Shown: positions 62,888 through 64,000 of the stretch, one piece after another
Layout of the letters: each line of letters opens with the position of its first letter
Numbering within the stretch: position 1 is the stretch's first letter
Assembly: GCA_036785375.1 (NCBI GenBank)
Contig: JAWMAR010001182.1
Location: 186,001 to 250,000 of the forward strand
DNA from: Leucoraja ocellata
Lineage: Eukaryota
Direction of reading: 5' to 3'
DNA: 64,000 bases
Translations under genes and position numbers: made by a program
Notes under the pieces: generated by a model
Seen by the model: only the letters and a program-made list of their open reading frames with translations
Told to the model about the DNA's origin: nothing
The model's database searches: none

Positions 62888-63364
62888 TATCGCATAGCAC
62901 ATATGTACAGGGCGGAATCGGAGAACACGCCGTCACGTATCACGAACTCGCCCGTCTTTGTAGTTGTATTGAATGTAGCAGATATCGATCTGTGATGCCC
63001 TTCTGCCCCTGTATACGTTATATCCTATAACCTGAATCAGGTACTGCGGAGAATGTCCAAGGCACTGCTTGTACCAGTAAACAAATGGGAGGGAATCGCT
63101 GGTTTTCAGCAGGCACTTGAGTGTTACATCCGTTCCCTCTGCAACGCGGTTTCTGCTTCGGTCTGTTCCACCGCATTTTGATGGCTCCAGTCTAAGAGAA
63201 AATAGAAATTGTCAGAATCACCATGATTGAAGCGGCAGCTGCATTATCTTTACATCGGCAGAAATCAGGTGACAACATTCGTGGGAAGACAGGATTTTTA
63301 CTGGGTGAAAATCCTTACTGAGAAGAGACATGAGAACAAAGATCGGGAGGCGGTGCTCGCACAT
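62888..63364 (-). pseudogene. TCR V segment family a (V-a3), frameshifted; leader 63319-63364, V exon 62888-63191
   Basis: Leader MCEHRLPIFVLMSLL plus GTAAGG donor; ttctcttAG acceptor. WSHQNAVEQ...AEGTDVTLKCLLKTSDSLPFVYWYKQC...SDSALYICAMR with about three frameshifts. Confidence 0.85.
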
Positions 63365-64000
63365 AATTGGCACGATTCTGTAAGTAAACAATCCTTGAAA
63401 CGCACGTCGGACCAAATATGCTAACTGTAGAACCAGCTAACTCAACCAGCTCCGACCGGCTGCAGCCAGCTCGCAAAGATGAATGGAAGCAATGCTGCCA
63501 ATGCGAATGAACCAAACACGAAGTGGGCGGGGCGGTCACAACATGAAACGAATTGGAGAAGGGCCACGCTACTGAGCTGCGCGGGTCTATGACTCATAAT
63601 AATGACTGCCCGGCCTGGGACGTCGGGAGCCGCGGACCTCGGTGGGAAGCGGCAGAATCGGAGGTCCTAGCCGCTGAAGTAGGTCTCCCGTTCCGATGCC
63701 GGAGTTCCATCACCCCGGCGAGTTCCATCACCCCGTACGTTACAGGCTGATATCAGGCGCTGGCTGTGTGGAGTTTGCACATTTTACCTGTAACCACGTG
63801 GGTTTCCTTCGGTTTCTCCAGTTTCTTCCCACATCCCCAAAGACGTACTGGTTTGTAGGTCCATTGGTATCTGTAAATTGCTCAATGTGCGCTGGAGTGG
63901 ACACCAAAGTAGAAGGGCATGCAACCAGTGTGAACGTGCGTTCGGTGATCGGCATGGACTCGGTGGGCCGAAGTATCCCTTTCCTTGCTGTATCTTCAAA

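Noticed and set aside
6898-63364. Interpretation as IgH/IgL/IgNAR clusters or NAR-TCR cassettes
   Set aside because: No nearby D, J or C, no VH-type GKGLEW framework, and each V has its own leader. A translocon-type TCR V array fits better. Alpha versus delta cannot be decided here.

Overview
Vertebrate genomic DNA, almost certainly a cartilaginous fish. Skate/ray-like is an inference from the CR1 and V-SINE repeats, the TCR V sequences and the expanded GPR139-like genes. The window is part of a T-cell receptor alpha/delta-type variable-segment array. It holds seven leader+V segments, each followed by a 23-bp-spacer RSS. Five are on + (four intact, one with a mutated splice acceptor) and two, both frameshifted, are on - beyond a 160-N gap. 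No D, J or C segments were found. Two-exon orphan class A GPCR genes of the GPR139/GPR142 type are interleaved with the V segments: two complete genes plus exon 1 of a third at the left edge. Most of the window is a recent direct segmental duplication (1-22115 vs 31420-54190, offset about 31.4-32.5 kb) whose unit is [GPCR on -][V-a][V-b][V-c on +]. The TCR V segments and GPCR genes therefore expanded together as one cassette, which is the main candidate for an undescribed system here. The two copies differ by loss of V-a, a large intron deletion, a copy-specific insertion, a VNTR and a patchwork of identity. The rest is mostly decayed CR1 and Rex1-type LINEs, V-SINEs and Penelope-like palindromes, and most ORF-track entries come from these.
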